Below, in pieces: positions 45,897-54,439 of a DNA stretch of 64,000 nucleotides. A program made the translations under genes and the position numbers. The notes beneath the pieces were generated by a model. It saw only the letters and a list, made by a program, of their open reading frames with translations, was not told where the DNA came from and searched no databases. This stretch comes from an uncultured Candidatus Bathyarchaeia archaeon (GTDB taxonomy: Archaea; Thermoproteota; Bathyarchaeia; Bathyarchaeales; Bathycorpusculaceae): NCBI GenBank assembly GCA_964582085.1, contig CAZOPV010000006.1, positions 17,026 to 81,025 on the forward strand. The letters run 5' to 3'. Each line of letters opens with the position of its first letter. The stretch's first letter is position 1.

Positions 45897-46817
45897 TTAG
45901 GTTATTCTTGCTGCTGTGTCTATGTTGATGCCGTTTTCGTCGGTTGTGAATGTTAGCACCAGTGGCTTTAGGAGGCCTTTCATTTTTCTTATTGTGAGGT
46001 TATTTTCGAATTCGTGTGGTCCTTGTTTGAGTGTGAATTCTATGACGCCGTCTGCTAAGTTTTTGAGGGCGTTTATTTGGTTTTCTGCGTGGATGCCTAT
46101 AGGTATCACTGCAAAGTGTAGCCCTCCGTGGGTGCGTGTGACTGCTCTCCAGTAGAGCATGAGGTTGCTGATTTCTTTTGTGTCGTAGTTGGAGAGTAAA
46201 TGTCCCAGTTCGATGGTTGTCCAGTAGCCTTCTTTGGTTTTTGTTAGGAGGTCTGTTTTGAGTGCGTTTAGTCCTGTGGTTAATTTTATGCTGTTTCTGT
46301 TTGTGAGTCTTTTTGGGGAGAGGTCGGCTAGTTGTTGTAGGTCTGGAGTTTGTATGTCAATGAATTTCCAGTTTTCACTGTTTACGGCGTCTTTTATTGT
46401 CCAGTTGAATTTTTCCATTTTTTCTTGGATGTCTATGCTTAAGGTTTCAGCGAGGTAGCAGGCGGTTTTTCCGTTTTCCAAGGTGTGGTTGTATAGGATT
46501 TGCTGGGTGAAGACGTCGTAATTGCTGCCTACTTCGCCGCAAATGAGGATGAGACAGTGGTCAGGTATGCCTCCGCCTAAAGCGGCATCTATGCCTGATA
46601 TGCCTGTGCTGACAATTTTTTGGGCGGCGTTTTCTGTTTTGGTCATGAGCTGCTCCGGCTCTTGCTTCTCTTCGCGAGGGACGCGTTGAGGGGGTTCCCC
46701 GATTTTTGGAAGCGGCGGGGGCGTTTCCTCTTTGGGTTCGTAACGTGCAAAGGTTTCTTCTATCACGTCACGCGTCCGCTTCTTCTGTACGGTGTTTTGG
46801 TCGGAGTTTTTACTCAT
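45897..46817 (-). CDS. KaiC/RecA-like protein with degenerate Walker A and a disordered N-terminal extension
   Basis: GISGIDAALGGGIPDHCLILICGEVGSNYD replaces the GxxGxGK[ST] P-loop. A ~75-aa E/P/K-rich N-terminus precedes it. Confidence 0.7.
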   Translation of the reverse strand: MSKNSDQNTVQKKRTRDVIEETFARYEPKEETPPPLPKIGEPPQRVPREEKQEPEQLMTKTENAAQKIVSTGISGIDAALGGGIPDHCLILICGEVGSNYDVFTQQILYNHTLENGKTACYLAETLSIDIQEKMEKFNWTIKDAVNSENWKFIDIQTPDLQQLADLSPKRLTNRNSIKLTTGLNALKTDLLTKTKEGYWTTIELGHLLSNYDTKEISNLMLYWRAVTRTHGGLHFAVIPIGIHAENQINALKNLADGVIEFTLKQGPHEFENNLTIRKMKGLLKPLVLTFTTDENGINIDTAARIT

Positions 46818-47001
46818 GGCAAGTAACCTGACTTAAATTTTATTTTTTTCAGTAAGAAACTTGAGGGGTTGATGAATGCGCGTCTTTGGCGTCAGCAGCA
46901 AGAGATAAAGAACGACCAGGCAGGACATATGGAAATGGATATTTTATCATCCCTGAACCTGCCTCGGTCTCTCTTGTTATGTGGCTTTTTTTCCTCTTTT
47001 A

Positions 47002-47532
47002 TTACCACTCGCCGGGCGTGTAGTAAGTGCCTTCAACCACGAAACCAGTGCTCGTTACCAGTTTCAGCGTATAAGCAGTGTTCACGGCAAGATCAGTTCG
47101 TATGGTTACGGTTTTTGTTGTTTCTGGTATTGGCAATGAGAGACCACCAGATTTAAAACCAATCGAGGCTGTCCAAGTTGTGGCGTTTGTGAAGCCTGAG
47201 TTTAGGACGTCGCCCTGTGGGACAGTCAGGCTGCTTACTGATTCGCTGATTATGATTTGGCTTCCCTTTACGAGGTGGATGGCTTCAATTGTAGCTGCTA
47301 CTGAGCCGGTGTTTCTTATGCTCACATAGATACCATATGTGTTGTCTGTCGTGTTTTTGCCGAAATAGACTGCGTCGAGTTTTATTCCTGTTTGGGCTTG
47401 CTGGGATTGGTTGGTTGCCAGCGACATGGTCCACGTGTATGTTACTATCGCAGCTGCTACGGCTATGGCTACGAGAAGCAACGTGGCTATGATTGGGCTA
47501 ACTCCGCGCCGATTTAGTTTGAGTTTTTGCAT
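47002..47532 (-). CDS. Archaeal type IV pilin (DUF361-type class III signal peptide)
   Basis: MQKLKLNRRG|VSPIIATLLLVAIAVAAAIVTYTW. GGAGG lies 9 nt upstream of ATG 47532. The track start at 47550 lies inside the SD. Confidence 0.85.
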   Translation of the reverse strand: MQKLKLNRRGVSPIIATLLLVAIAVAAAIVTYTWTMSLATNQSQQAQTGIKLDAVYFGKNTTDNTYGIYVSIRNTGSVAATIEAIHLVKGSQIIISESVSSLTVPQGDVLNSGFTNATTWTASIGFKSGGLSLPIPETTKTVTIRTDLAVNTAYTLKLVTSTGFVVEGTYYTPGEW

Positions 47533-47610
47533 TTTTGTTTTTTCCTCCAATTTGTTTAGTTTAATCTTATGTGGATCTTGCGCTTAAAGGTGGTGCTGCC
47601 GCAAGTGTAT

Positions 47611-47642
47611 GTTAATTGTATTTCATTTGTACTACAATTAAC
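47611..47642. promoter_or_regulatory. Perfect 10-bp inverted repeat (candidate operator) in the divergent pilin / KaiC-like intergenic region
   Basis: GTTAATTGTA-N12-TACAATTAAC. Confidence 0.4.
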
Positions 47643-47886
47643 TTACAAACGAAAAACTTCAGAAAAATAAGCAAAAAAACGTAAATTTTAAACAAATAAA
47701 AACTGAACATTAACAAAAATAGAGCATAAACCAGCAATGTGAATTAACCTCTACACTGCCCTTGTCAGCAAAAACAGTGCCTCAAAAACAATCCAAATGT
47801 ACGTCAACGCCAACACGTCAAGTCGCCCCATCTAAACAACAATATAAATACATCATGCACCAAAATAGACTAAAGAGAGGCAAAAC

Positions 47887-48603
47887 ATGAGCCAACGTGT
47901 ACCTACAGGTATCAAAGGTTTTGACGAACTCGTCGAAGGCGGCTTCCCAAACGAGAGCCTAATTCTAATGGCAGGCGAACCGGGTGCAGGAAAAACAACC
48001 TTCTCAGCCCAATTTCTCTACGAAGGCGCAACCAACTTTGGAGAAAGAGGCGTCTACGTATGTTTCGCTGAAACAAAAAAGGCCCTCCTCCGCAACATGC
48101 TCCGGTTCGGGTGGGACTTTGAGCGTCTCGAACTAGAAAAACGCTGTCTCGTTTTAGACCTCTCCACCTCAAAAGAAGCAGGTATCCAAAACAACCTTGA
48201 CATTATGTTGCGCGAAGTCACAGCTCTAAAAGCTAAAAGACTCGTCATAGACTCCTTCACATCCATGGCTATGGCCATGAAAGAAAGCATAGAAATACGC
48301 CACCTTGCACACTTACTCTACAAATTTCTCCAAAGCGTAGGCTGCACAACCGTCATGATCTCCGACACGCCATGGGGCTCAAAAAAAATAGGCTCCGGCA
48401 TCGAGGAATTCATAGCTGACGGCATAATCCTTATGCACACATACTTCAACAAAACCGGCGAACTCAACAGAAAACTCCGCATCATCAAAATGCGAAACAC
48501 CAAACACTCACTGATGACCCACAAATACCATATCCTCTCCACAGGAATCAACATTTCACCAGCCGAAACAACAAAACAAAAAGGAGAAAGAAAAGGTGCC
48601 TAA
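47887..48603 (+). CDS. Single-domain KaiC-like ATPase (ArlH/RadA-like fold)
   Basis: GIKGFDELVEGGFPNESLILMAGEPGAGKTTF Walker A and KRLVIDSFTS Walker B. 238 aa. Confidence 0.8.
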   Translation: MSQRVPTGIKGFDELVEGGFPNESLILMAGEPGAGKTTFSAQFLYEGATNFGERGVYVCFAETKKALLRNMLRFGWDFERLELEKRCLVLDLSTSKEAGIQNNLDIMLREVTALKAKRLVIDSFTSMAMAMKESIEIRHLAHLLYKFLQSVGCTTVMISDTPWGSKKIGSGIEEFIADGIILMHTYFNKTGELNRKLRIIKMRNTKHSLMTHKYHILSTGINISPAETTKQKGERKGA

Positions 48604-48811
48604 AATCAAATCAGAAACCAAAGACTCCATAATCTACCTCCGCATAACGAACACGATAAAAAGCCTTGTAACCTACCAAGCAACTCAAGAAGGCATAACC
48701 CCTTCAGAGTGGCTTCGGAAAATTATAATAAAAGAACTCCGAGAACGCAATGCCCTACCCGCTACGTTCAAAGTGCCCACAGTCCCAAGAACACTCGAAG
48801 ACCAACAATAG
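48596..48811 (+). CDS. Ribbon-helix-helix (CopG/Arc-like) DNA-binding protein
   Basis: IIYLRITNTIKSLVTYQATQEGITPSEWLRKIIIKELRE fits a beta-alpha-alpha RHH layout. The GTG start overlaps the KaiC-like gene by 8 nt. Confidence 0.55.
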   Translation: MPKIKSETKDSIIYLRITNTIKSLVTYQATQEGITPSEWLRKIIIKELRERNALPATFKVPTVPRTLEDQQ

Positions 48812-48831
48812 CAGTATGCTGTTCCAGTTAG

Positions 48832-50487
48832 TTAAGGCGCCACTTGCACTACGGCACCACAATACGCTGAAGTTATTGAAGGTGAAAAATTCGGGTAATA
48901 TGCGGTAATTGCCAAATTATACAGTGTAGTTGCCAAAACTGCAGGCGTAATAGCGCTAAACTGGTAAACTAAGTAGTTGCCGCCTGCAAGGGTTGAAGAA
49001 GATGATTCTACAGAAATTCTCCACGAACCATCCTCCTGCTGCGTTATTAATTGAGAGCTATAGTTCCACCCAGTTTGAGCACCTGCAGTTACATTACGCC
49101 ACCCTGTGGGAATTTGCAAAAGCAGATTAATTTTCGAAGTTAAGGTATCTGCACCAGCGCTATTATAAATCACCACATTGAAGGTCTGGTTAGACGAGGG
49201 TAAAACATTTGAAAGACAATACTGCCTATTTGATAGCGGAGTATTTGGTGTTCTGGTAAGATATACGTTGATAGCGGGATACGTGTTAGCTGTGGAGGTT
49301 GCAAAATTCTTAAGAAATCTGCCTTCAGTAGTTATTGCTTCTACCGTAACCTGTGTTTCAATCACCTCAACGTTGTCAATTTCAACAGTGAAGGTGAAAT
49401 TATAAACAGAAAGCGGTGGTATCGTTATCGGTGCACTACCTGCCCTGCCAGCCTCCCAAAAAACACCTGAATATACCCCAGAGGATCTCCGTGCATACCA
49501 CCCAGTTGCAGGGTTCACGCCGGTTAAAGAGTTTGGATCAAAAATGTTCAAGGCTGTTGATATCACAGCTACAGAATAGACCGTAATGGAACGATTATAA
49601 GGGTTAGCCAAGGCGACACCCCAATAGGTGAGAACGCCATCGGTAGTATCAAGAAGCGCAGGTATACTACCAAACGCATCTAAATGTATCAGCGGCATAG
49701 ATGTAACTTCCGCCGAAACCTGCAACGAGGTCGCATAGATCGTAGTCATGGCGTAATTGCCTGCAGGAGCGCCAACAAACGACCCGTTTAACGTAGAACT
49801 TAAACCTGAGCCAGTTACCTTGTAAACGTAAACAAAATAGGCAGCGCTTCCAGCAGGCAACAACTCTATAATTGGAGGGTTAGGACCATCTACTAATTCC
49901 AAACTTGATGGCGGATTTACATCCAGTGTAGGAGTCAAATTATAAATGTTGTTTCCTGACGTGTCGTTGTTGGTTACGCATAAAATGACTGTCACGTTAT
50001 TACCAATATAGTTGGTGGAAGTTGCCATTATGCTAATCCGCGCTTTAATCGAAGCCACTATATTGTAACTAGCAACATTACCCCTTTCAGTAACGACGCG
50101 TACAGCATAATTCTTACCAGAAGTCAATGGTAGGCTTGTAACGTTACTTATAGACATGCCTGGAGTAATGTAAAGACTAGAAAAATTAACTGAGAGATGT
50201 TCATTGTTAGTTTGGTTAATTATCCATAAACGCATGAGCCTAGCTGTAACAGAGCCTTGATTGGTAATGTTAAGAACCAAATGATTATCAGAATTTAAAT
50301 AAGCCGCAGTTATCACAACGTGCTCCTGAGAACGTTCAGTATCCAAACGCCGCATCCTCTCTTGGATTTGATAAACCTCAGTGAGAAACGCCGCCATCAA
50401 AACAATTAAACTGAGAAACAGCACCGCACCTATGGCTGTCGCTTGGCCGCGCTTTGACTGCCTAAAGCGCCGCAAATTCTTCAGCAA
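48832..50487 (-). CDS. Large pilin-like surface protein (class III signal peptide)
   Basis: RQSKRG|QATAIGAVLFLSLIVLMAAFL followed by a pilin-type beta domain (LVLNITNQGSVTARLMRLWI) and a ~400-aa extension with many N-x-S/T sequons. Confidence 0.7.
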   Translation of the reverse strand: MLKNLRRFRQSKRGQATAIGAVLFLSLIVLMAAFLTEVYQIQERMRRLDTERSQEHVVITAAYLNSDNHLVLNITNQGSVTARLMRLWIINQTNNEHLSVNFSSLYITPGMSISNVTSLPLTSGKNYAVRVVTERGNVASYNIVASIKARISIMATSTNYIGNNVTVILCVTNNDTSGNNIYNLTPTLDVNPPSSLELVDGPNPPIIELLPAGSAAYFVYVYKVTGSGLSSTLNGSFVGAPAGNYAMTTIYATSLQVSAEVTSMPLIHLDAFGSIPALLDTTDGVLTYWGVALANPYNRSITVYSVAVISTALNIFDPNSLTGVNPATGWYARRSSGVYSGVFWEAGRAGSAPITIPPLSVYNFTFTVEIDNVEVIETQVTVEAITTEGRFLKNFATSTANTYPAINVYLTRTPNTPLSNRQYCLSNVLPSSNQTFNVVIYNSAGADTLTSKINLLLQIPTGWRNVTAGAQTGWNYSSQLITQQEDGSWRISVESSSSTLAGGNYLVYQFSAITPAVLATTLYNLAITAYYPNFSPSITSAYCGAVVQVAP

Positions 50488-50692
50488 GAAATCCCCTCAA
50501 CATCCAAGAGCTCTGCAAGCAAATTATCAGTTCGCCCCAGCAGTAATGTCCATTTTTTACATCATTGAGAATAATAATTGCTACTATTAATAAAACTAAT
50601 TCCGTCAGACATCAAAACTACACAACAACACTATCCTCGGGAAACCAGACTGACAAAGAAGCAAACAACGTAAGCCCGCCCAAAGCGCGTTG

Positions 50693-52039
50693 CTACCGTA
50701 GGAGCACCACAGGAAAGAAAGCAAAAAAGAAAACCACAGTTACCAACAGTTGGACAACCAACGCTCCCTTCTTTATTCTATCTGAAAGCGGAAGGCTACG
50801 CCAGAAGTAAGGAATCCCCAAAGCCAAAGCGGGGATCGTATAGATAAAATAATAATTGAACGTCATGCGCTGCACAAACAACCCAAACAAGAACCACGGC
50901 AAATACGTCGCAGTTATCCAAGAAATATAAAACAAGGCCACCTTGACGTTACTTTTCTTTAAAAGACTCCAAAGCGCCACAGCCAAAATGGGAACCAGCA
51001 TATACGCAACCGTAGGCGTCACCTGAGAAACATAGTCCACAGTAACCTTTGAAACATTATCCGAAGTCACCGCCACCGAGAAGTAATGCGGCGAATTGAA
51101 TACGTCGCCAATTGGCAGTATCCACGACCATGGTGGACGGTAATTTGCTTCTGTAGTGTTAATGGTGGGCGCTAAACCTGAAAAGTAACCAAATGCAAAC
51201 AACATATGCTCAACAGGGTTAGTTATGTAATTTGACACCGTAAAATTGGAAGTCGACGTTATCGTCGTTAAAGTGGCACCATTCGCGTCAACAACAATGT
51301 TTTCATTTATGTTCTGCACAAGAACCGTCGAAGTCGTCGGCTTATAGACTACGTCATAAACCCAAAGTCCTCCTCCACCAACCAAAAGAAGCACCAAAAA
51401 GAAAGAACCAAATTTTTGGATGTTCACTTTGCTTAAATGCTTCTTTAGTGAAAGGTGAGTTAGTATGTGATAAATAAAAACAGCGCCAATTAAAAGTAGC
51501 GCCAGTTCCTTCATCAAGAACGCCACGCCGAAGGCAACAGCAGACCACTTGTACCGCTTAGCAAAATAAAGTTCAATGCCCAAGAGCCCAAACAAAATCG
51601 CAGGCAAATCTAAAATAAAAATTGAACCATTAACAAAATACATGACATCAAACGAGAGAAAAGCCGTAGCCAACAAGGCATACTTGCCATCTAGGAACCG
51701 TCTTGCGATTAAATAGAAAACGTAAAGCGACAAAACCGACATAACAACTATCGGTAATCGCCATGCCAACCAATAATTCCCAAAAACCGCGATTGACAAC
51801 CCAACAACGATCTTCGCCAGGGGCGTATGCTCAGCATTAGCCGCCTCCAAATGAAGCGTCTTCAAAGCAGCAGGGACATAATGTGCCTCATCAAAAACGT
51901 AGCCGTCAGAGGGCGTAGACATAATAAGGAAATGCAACGCCAAAACCAAAAGAAGCAAATAACCTATGTTAAACTTCTTCAAAAACGCTTGCGTCTTATT
52001 CCACACGGAATATAAATCTAACTCCAGTTTTATGCTCAA
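50693..52039 (-). CDS. GT-C fold glycosyltransferase, PMT_2 / ArnT-like (dolichyl-phosphate-mannose-protein mannosyltransferase family)
   Basis: About 11 TM helices. The first extracytoplasmic loop carries DGYVFDEAHY, which matches the family DE motif. Confidence 0.7.
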   Translation of the reverse strand: MSIKLELDLYSVWNKTQAFLKKFNIGYLLLLVLALHFLIMSTPSDGYVFDEAHYVPAALKTLHLEAANAEHTPLAKIVVGLSIAVFGNYWLAWRLPIVVMSVLSLYVFYLIARRFLDGKYALLATAFLSFDVMYFVNGSIFILDLPAILFGLLGIELYFAKRYKWSAVAFGVAFLMKELALLLIGAVFIYHILTHLSLKKHLSKVNIQKFGSFFLVLLLVGGGGLWVYDVVYKPTTSTVLVQNINENIVVDANGATLTTITSTSNFTVSNYITNPVEHMLFAFGYFSGLAPTINTTEANYRPPWSWILPIGDVFNSPHYFSVAVTSDNVSKVTVDYVSQVTPTVAYMLVPILAVALWSLLKKSNVKVALFYISWITATYLPWFLFGLFVQRMTFNYYFIYTIPALALGIPYFWRSLPLSDRIKKGALVVQLLVTVVFFFAFFPVVLLR

Positions 52040-52091
52040 CGTGCAGCTCAGCTTCCGTTTTATATAAAGCTACGCGCAAATAAACTTTTTT

Positions 52092-52694
52092 TTATATCAC
52101 TCTGCAGAGGAACAGTTTTCCTATAAAAACAATTGTCTGTAAGCCATCACGGATATTGCGAAGTTTAACATAATTCCCCAACTTGCTTTTCGCAAACACA
52201 ATCGGGTACTCAGCTATGGTGAACCTGTGATTTGCCTGCATCAAAATCGAAACCCCAATTTTGTACCCCACAGTCTCAATACGTAACTGATCCAGCACCG
52301 ATTTCTTGATCACTATAAACCCACTCATCACATCAGAGATTTCCTGTAGTCCAAGAAGAAGCCGAGTGCATTTGCAGAAAAACCTGCTAATCAACCGCCT
52401 TATCAGCAAATCATCAGACCGCGCCCCAACAACATAACGCGAACCTATCACTATATCCGCCCGCTTCAAAAGATTAAACATACCCTGAAAATAAACAGGA
52501 TTATGTGATCCGTCACAATCCATAATCACAACAACATCCCCTTTAGCCTTATTAAAACCCGACAGAACCGCATTCACATAAGATGGCTCAGTCTGAACAA
52601 GAATTTCATAATCCCCTTTCATGCCAGCTTCAATTGACTCAAGCAAAGACCGCATTAACGTCGGCTTAAGCGAAGGAATCACAACAGAGATCAT
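52092..52694 (-). CDS. GT2 glycosyltransferase, Dpm1/Ppm1-like polyprenol-phosphate sugar synthase
   Basis: ISVVIPS.., GDVVVIMDCDGSHNP (DxD region). It is small and soluble. The ATG at 52694 is preferred. Confidence 0.7.
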   Translation of the reverse strand: MISVVIPSLKPTLMRSLLESIEAGMKGDYEILVQTEPSYVNAVLSGFNKAKGDVVVIMDCDGSHNPVYFQGMFNLLKRADIVIGSRYVVGARSDDLLIRRLISRFFCKCTRLLLGLQEISDVMSGFIVIKKSVLDQLRIETVGYKIGVSILMQANHRFTIAEYPIVFAKSKLGNYVKLRNIRDGLQTIVFIGKLFLCRVI

Positions 52695-52908
52695 ACAAGA
52701 CACACGTTTGATAGCTTTTATAACAAAGGTACTGATACTTCTTACTTGTGGTCAAACTAAAGTAAAAACCCTCAAACAGTACAGGAAACAATTCAACTAT
52801 GAACAAGCTAACACGCTCATTCAACAGCAAAGCAACATGCTTCACCACCCTAAAACACCGCAGGTACCTCTTTAAATGGGGTACCAAAAAAAGAAGGCGC
52901 ACAGACAA

Positions 52909-53883
52909 ATGCGAATAGCCTTCTGTCACCACCTATCTTTAGGATACTACGGCGGAGGAGAAAAATGGGTCATAAACGTAGCCAAAGAATTATCCCGCAG
53001 AGCATACCACGTTGAAATATTCGCGCTACCCTTCATGCTAGAAGGAAAAGCAAAAATCAACCCAACCGAAGAATTAGAAGACATCCCATACCAAGAACGC
53101 ATAAACCACAAAGTGAAGGCAGACATAGTTTACGTCACATATAACCCACTTAACTGGCTCAACTTTCAAACAACTACACCAAGAATAGCAGGAATTCACG
53201 CACAAACATACTGGACAAAAATAAACCCCAGATACGGCTTCAAACCCAACCTCGCCAACATGCTGCACAAAATAAACGGCAACTTTGAACTAAAACGCTT
53301 CAACGCAGTCCACATGGTAACCAACGCCTACAAAATAACACACTCAAGAGTCTACTACATCCCAAACTTTGTCGACAGCCAAACCTACAAACCAACCCAA
53401 AACAAAGACCCAGACTTCACGGTAGTCTACTCAAGCAGACTAGTCTGGCAAAAAGGCTGGCAAGTATTCCAGGAAGCAATTAAGCATTTAGAAAAATACG
53501 AAAAACGCATCAAAACAAAAGTCGCCGCAAGTAAAATCAAAGAACAAGACATGCCAGAGTTTTTATCCCGATCACACGTAGCTCTCCTACCAAGCGAAGT
53601 AGACACCTTCGGATTAGCCATCGTAGAAGCACTCCTATGCGGAACCCCAGTTATCACAACATCATTAACCACACACAAAGCACTACAGCTACCCTTGATC
53701 TACGCAGATTCAGCTAAAACGTTCGCAGAAGAAACCAGAAAACTCTGCAATTTATGGTACAACAACAAAGAAAAATACTTCAAGTTGGCTCAACACTGCA
53801 GACAACAAGCCCTAAAATACGACAAAAACAACATCATGAACAAACTAGAAAACATGTTCGAGGAAGTGTACAACAAACCTTGA
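52909..53883 (+). CDS. GT4 (GT-B fold) glycosyltransferase
   Basis: MRIAFCHHLSLGYYGGGEKWV N-terminus. C-terminal SEVDTFGLAIVEALLCGTPVI matches the E-x7-E region. Confidence 0.75.
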   Translation: MRIAFCHHLSLGYYGGGEKWVINVAKELSRRAYHVEIFALPFMLEGKAKINPTEELEDIPYQERINHKVKADIVYVTYNPLNWLNFQTTTPRIAGIHAQTYWTKINPRYGFKPNLANMLHKINGNFELKRFNAVHMVTNAYKITHSRVYYIPNFVDSQTYKPTQNKDPDFTVVYSSRLVWQKGWQVFQEAIKHLEKYEKRIKTKVAASKIKEQDMPEFLSRSHVALLPSEVDTFGLAIVEALLCGTPVITTSLTTHKALQLPLIYADSAKTFAEETRKLCNLWYNNKEKYFKLAQHCRQQALKYDKNNIMNKLENMFEEVYNKP

Positions 53884-54413
53884 CTACAACAGAACCACGC
53901 ATACTAAATTTAGGCTGCGGAAACCAAACCTACGGCACATACCGCGTAGATATCACACCCACAAAAACCACAACCCACGTCTTCGACGTAGAAAAAGGCC
54001 TGGTGTTCCCTGACTCTTACTTTGACGAGGTCTACGAACAAAACCTCTTCGAACACCTAAAAAACCCCAACTTTCACCTAATGGAAATCCGCCGCGTCCT
54101 TAAACCAGGTGGCCGTCTAACGTTGATAACAGACAACGCTGCCTGCATCAGATACTACCTGCTCAGAACACACACAGGCGGTTACATGGGGCACCGGAAT
54201 TTACTAACCCGCAGCAGCGATAAGCACTACGCTATATACACAAAGGAACACCTAAAAAATCATGTTGTAAGCGCTGGCTTCGAAGTCGTGAGCATACACT
54301 TCGTGGAAACCGACTACGTTACGCGGTTTATGGACAAGTTGTTCAGAAAAATTTTTTTTCCGCTCAAAAGTTTAACCTATCCCAGAATTTGCGTGGTCAG
54401 CAAGAAAATTTAA
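53880..54413 (+). CDS. Class I SAM-dependent methyltransferase
   Basis: ILNLGCGN motif I and LKPGGRL. The TTG start overlaps the GT4 stop (cTTGA). The track ORF from 53754 is an overlap artefact. Confidence 0.7.
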   Translation: MTTTEPRILNLGCGNQTYGTYRVDITPTKTTTHVFDVEKGLVFPDSYFDEVYEQNLFEHLKNPNFHLMEIRRVLKPGGRLTLITDNAACIRYYLLRTHTGGYMGHRNLLTRSSDKHYAIYTKEHLKNHVVSAGFEVVSIHFVETDYVTRFMDKLFRKIFFPLKSLTYPRICVVSKKI

Positions 54414-54439
54414 AACTCCAAACGTATTGTCTTGCATAC

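Noticed and set aside
47551-47886. AT-rich 336-bp intergenic region at the skew switch, considered as a replication origin.
   Set aside because: The sign of the switch (+ strand G/T-rich on the left, A/C-rich on the right) is the opposite of what an origin would show. No orc1/cdc6 gene is nearby and I see no ORB-like repeated boxes.
39084-48811. Interpreting the second ATPase/platform/KaiC-like/pilin cluster as a canonical archaellum (arl/fla) operon.
   Set aside because: I cannot recognise ArlF/ArlG or ArlCDE/ArlX. The KaiC-like genes are not in the ArlH-I-J arrangement. The filament subunit has a DUF361 pilin-type rather than archaellin-type N-terminus. The question needs HMM confirmation, so it stays open under the corresponding finding.
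52621-52932. 84-aa (+) and 88-aa (-) ORFs between the GT2 and GT4 genes.
   Set aside because: They overlap the 5' ends of both glycosyltransferase genes and the divergent promoter region. They have no motifs.
53754-53879. N-terminal 42-codon extension of the methyltransferase ORF as given in the track.
   Set aside because: The extension lies entirely within the GT4 coding region. The methyltransferase fold begins at ILNLGCGN, right after an in-frame TTG that overlaps the GT4 stop.
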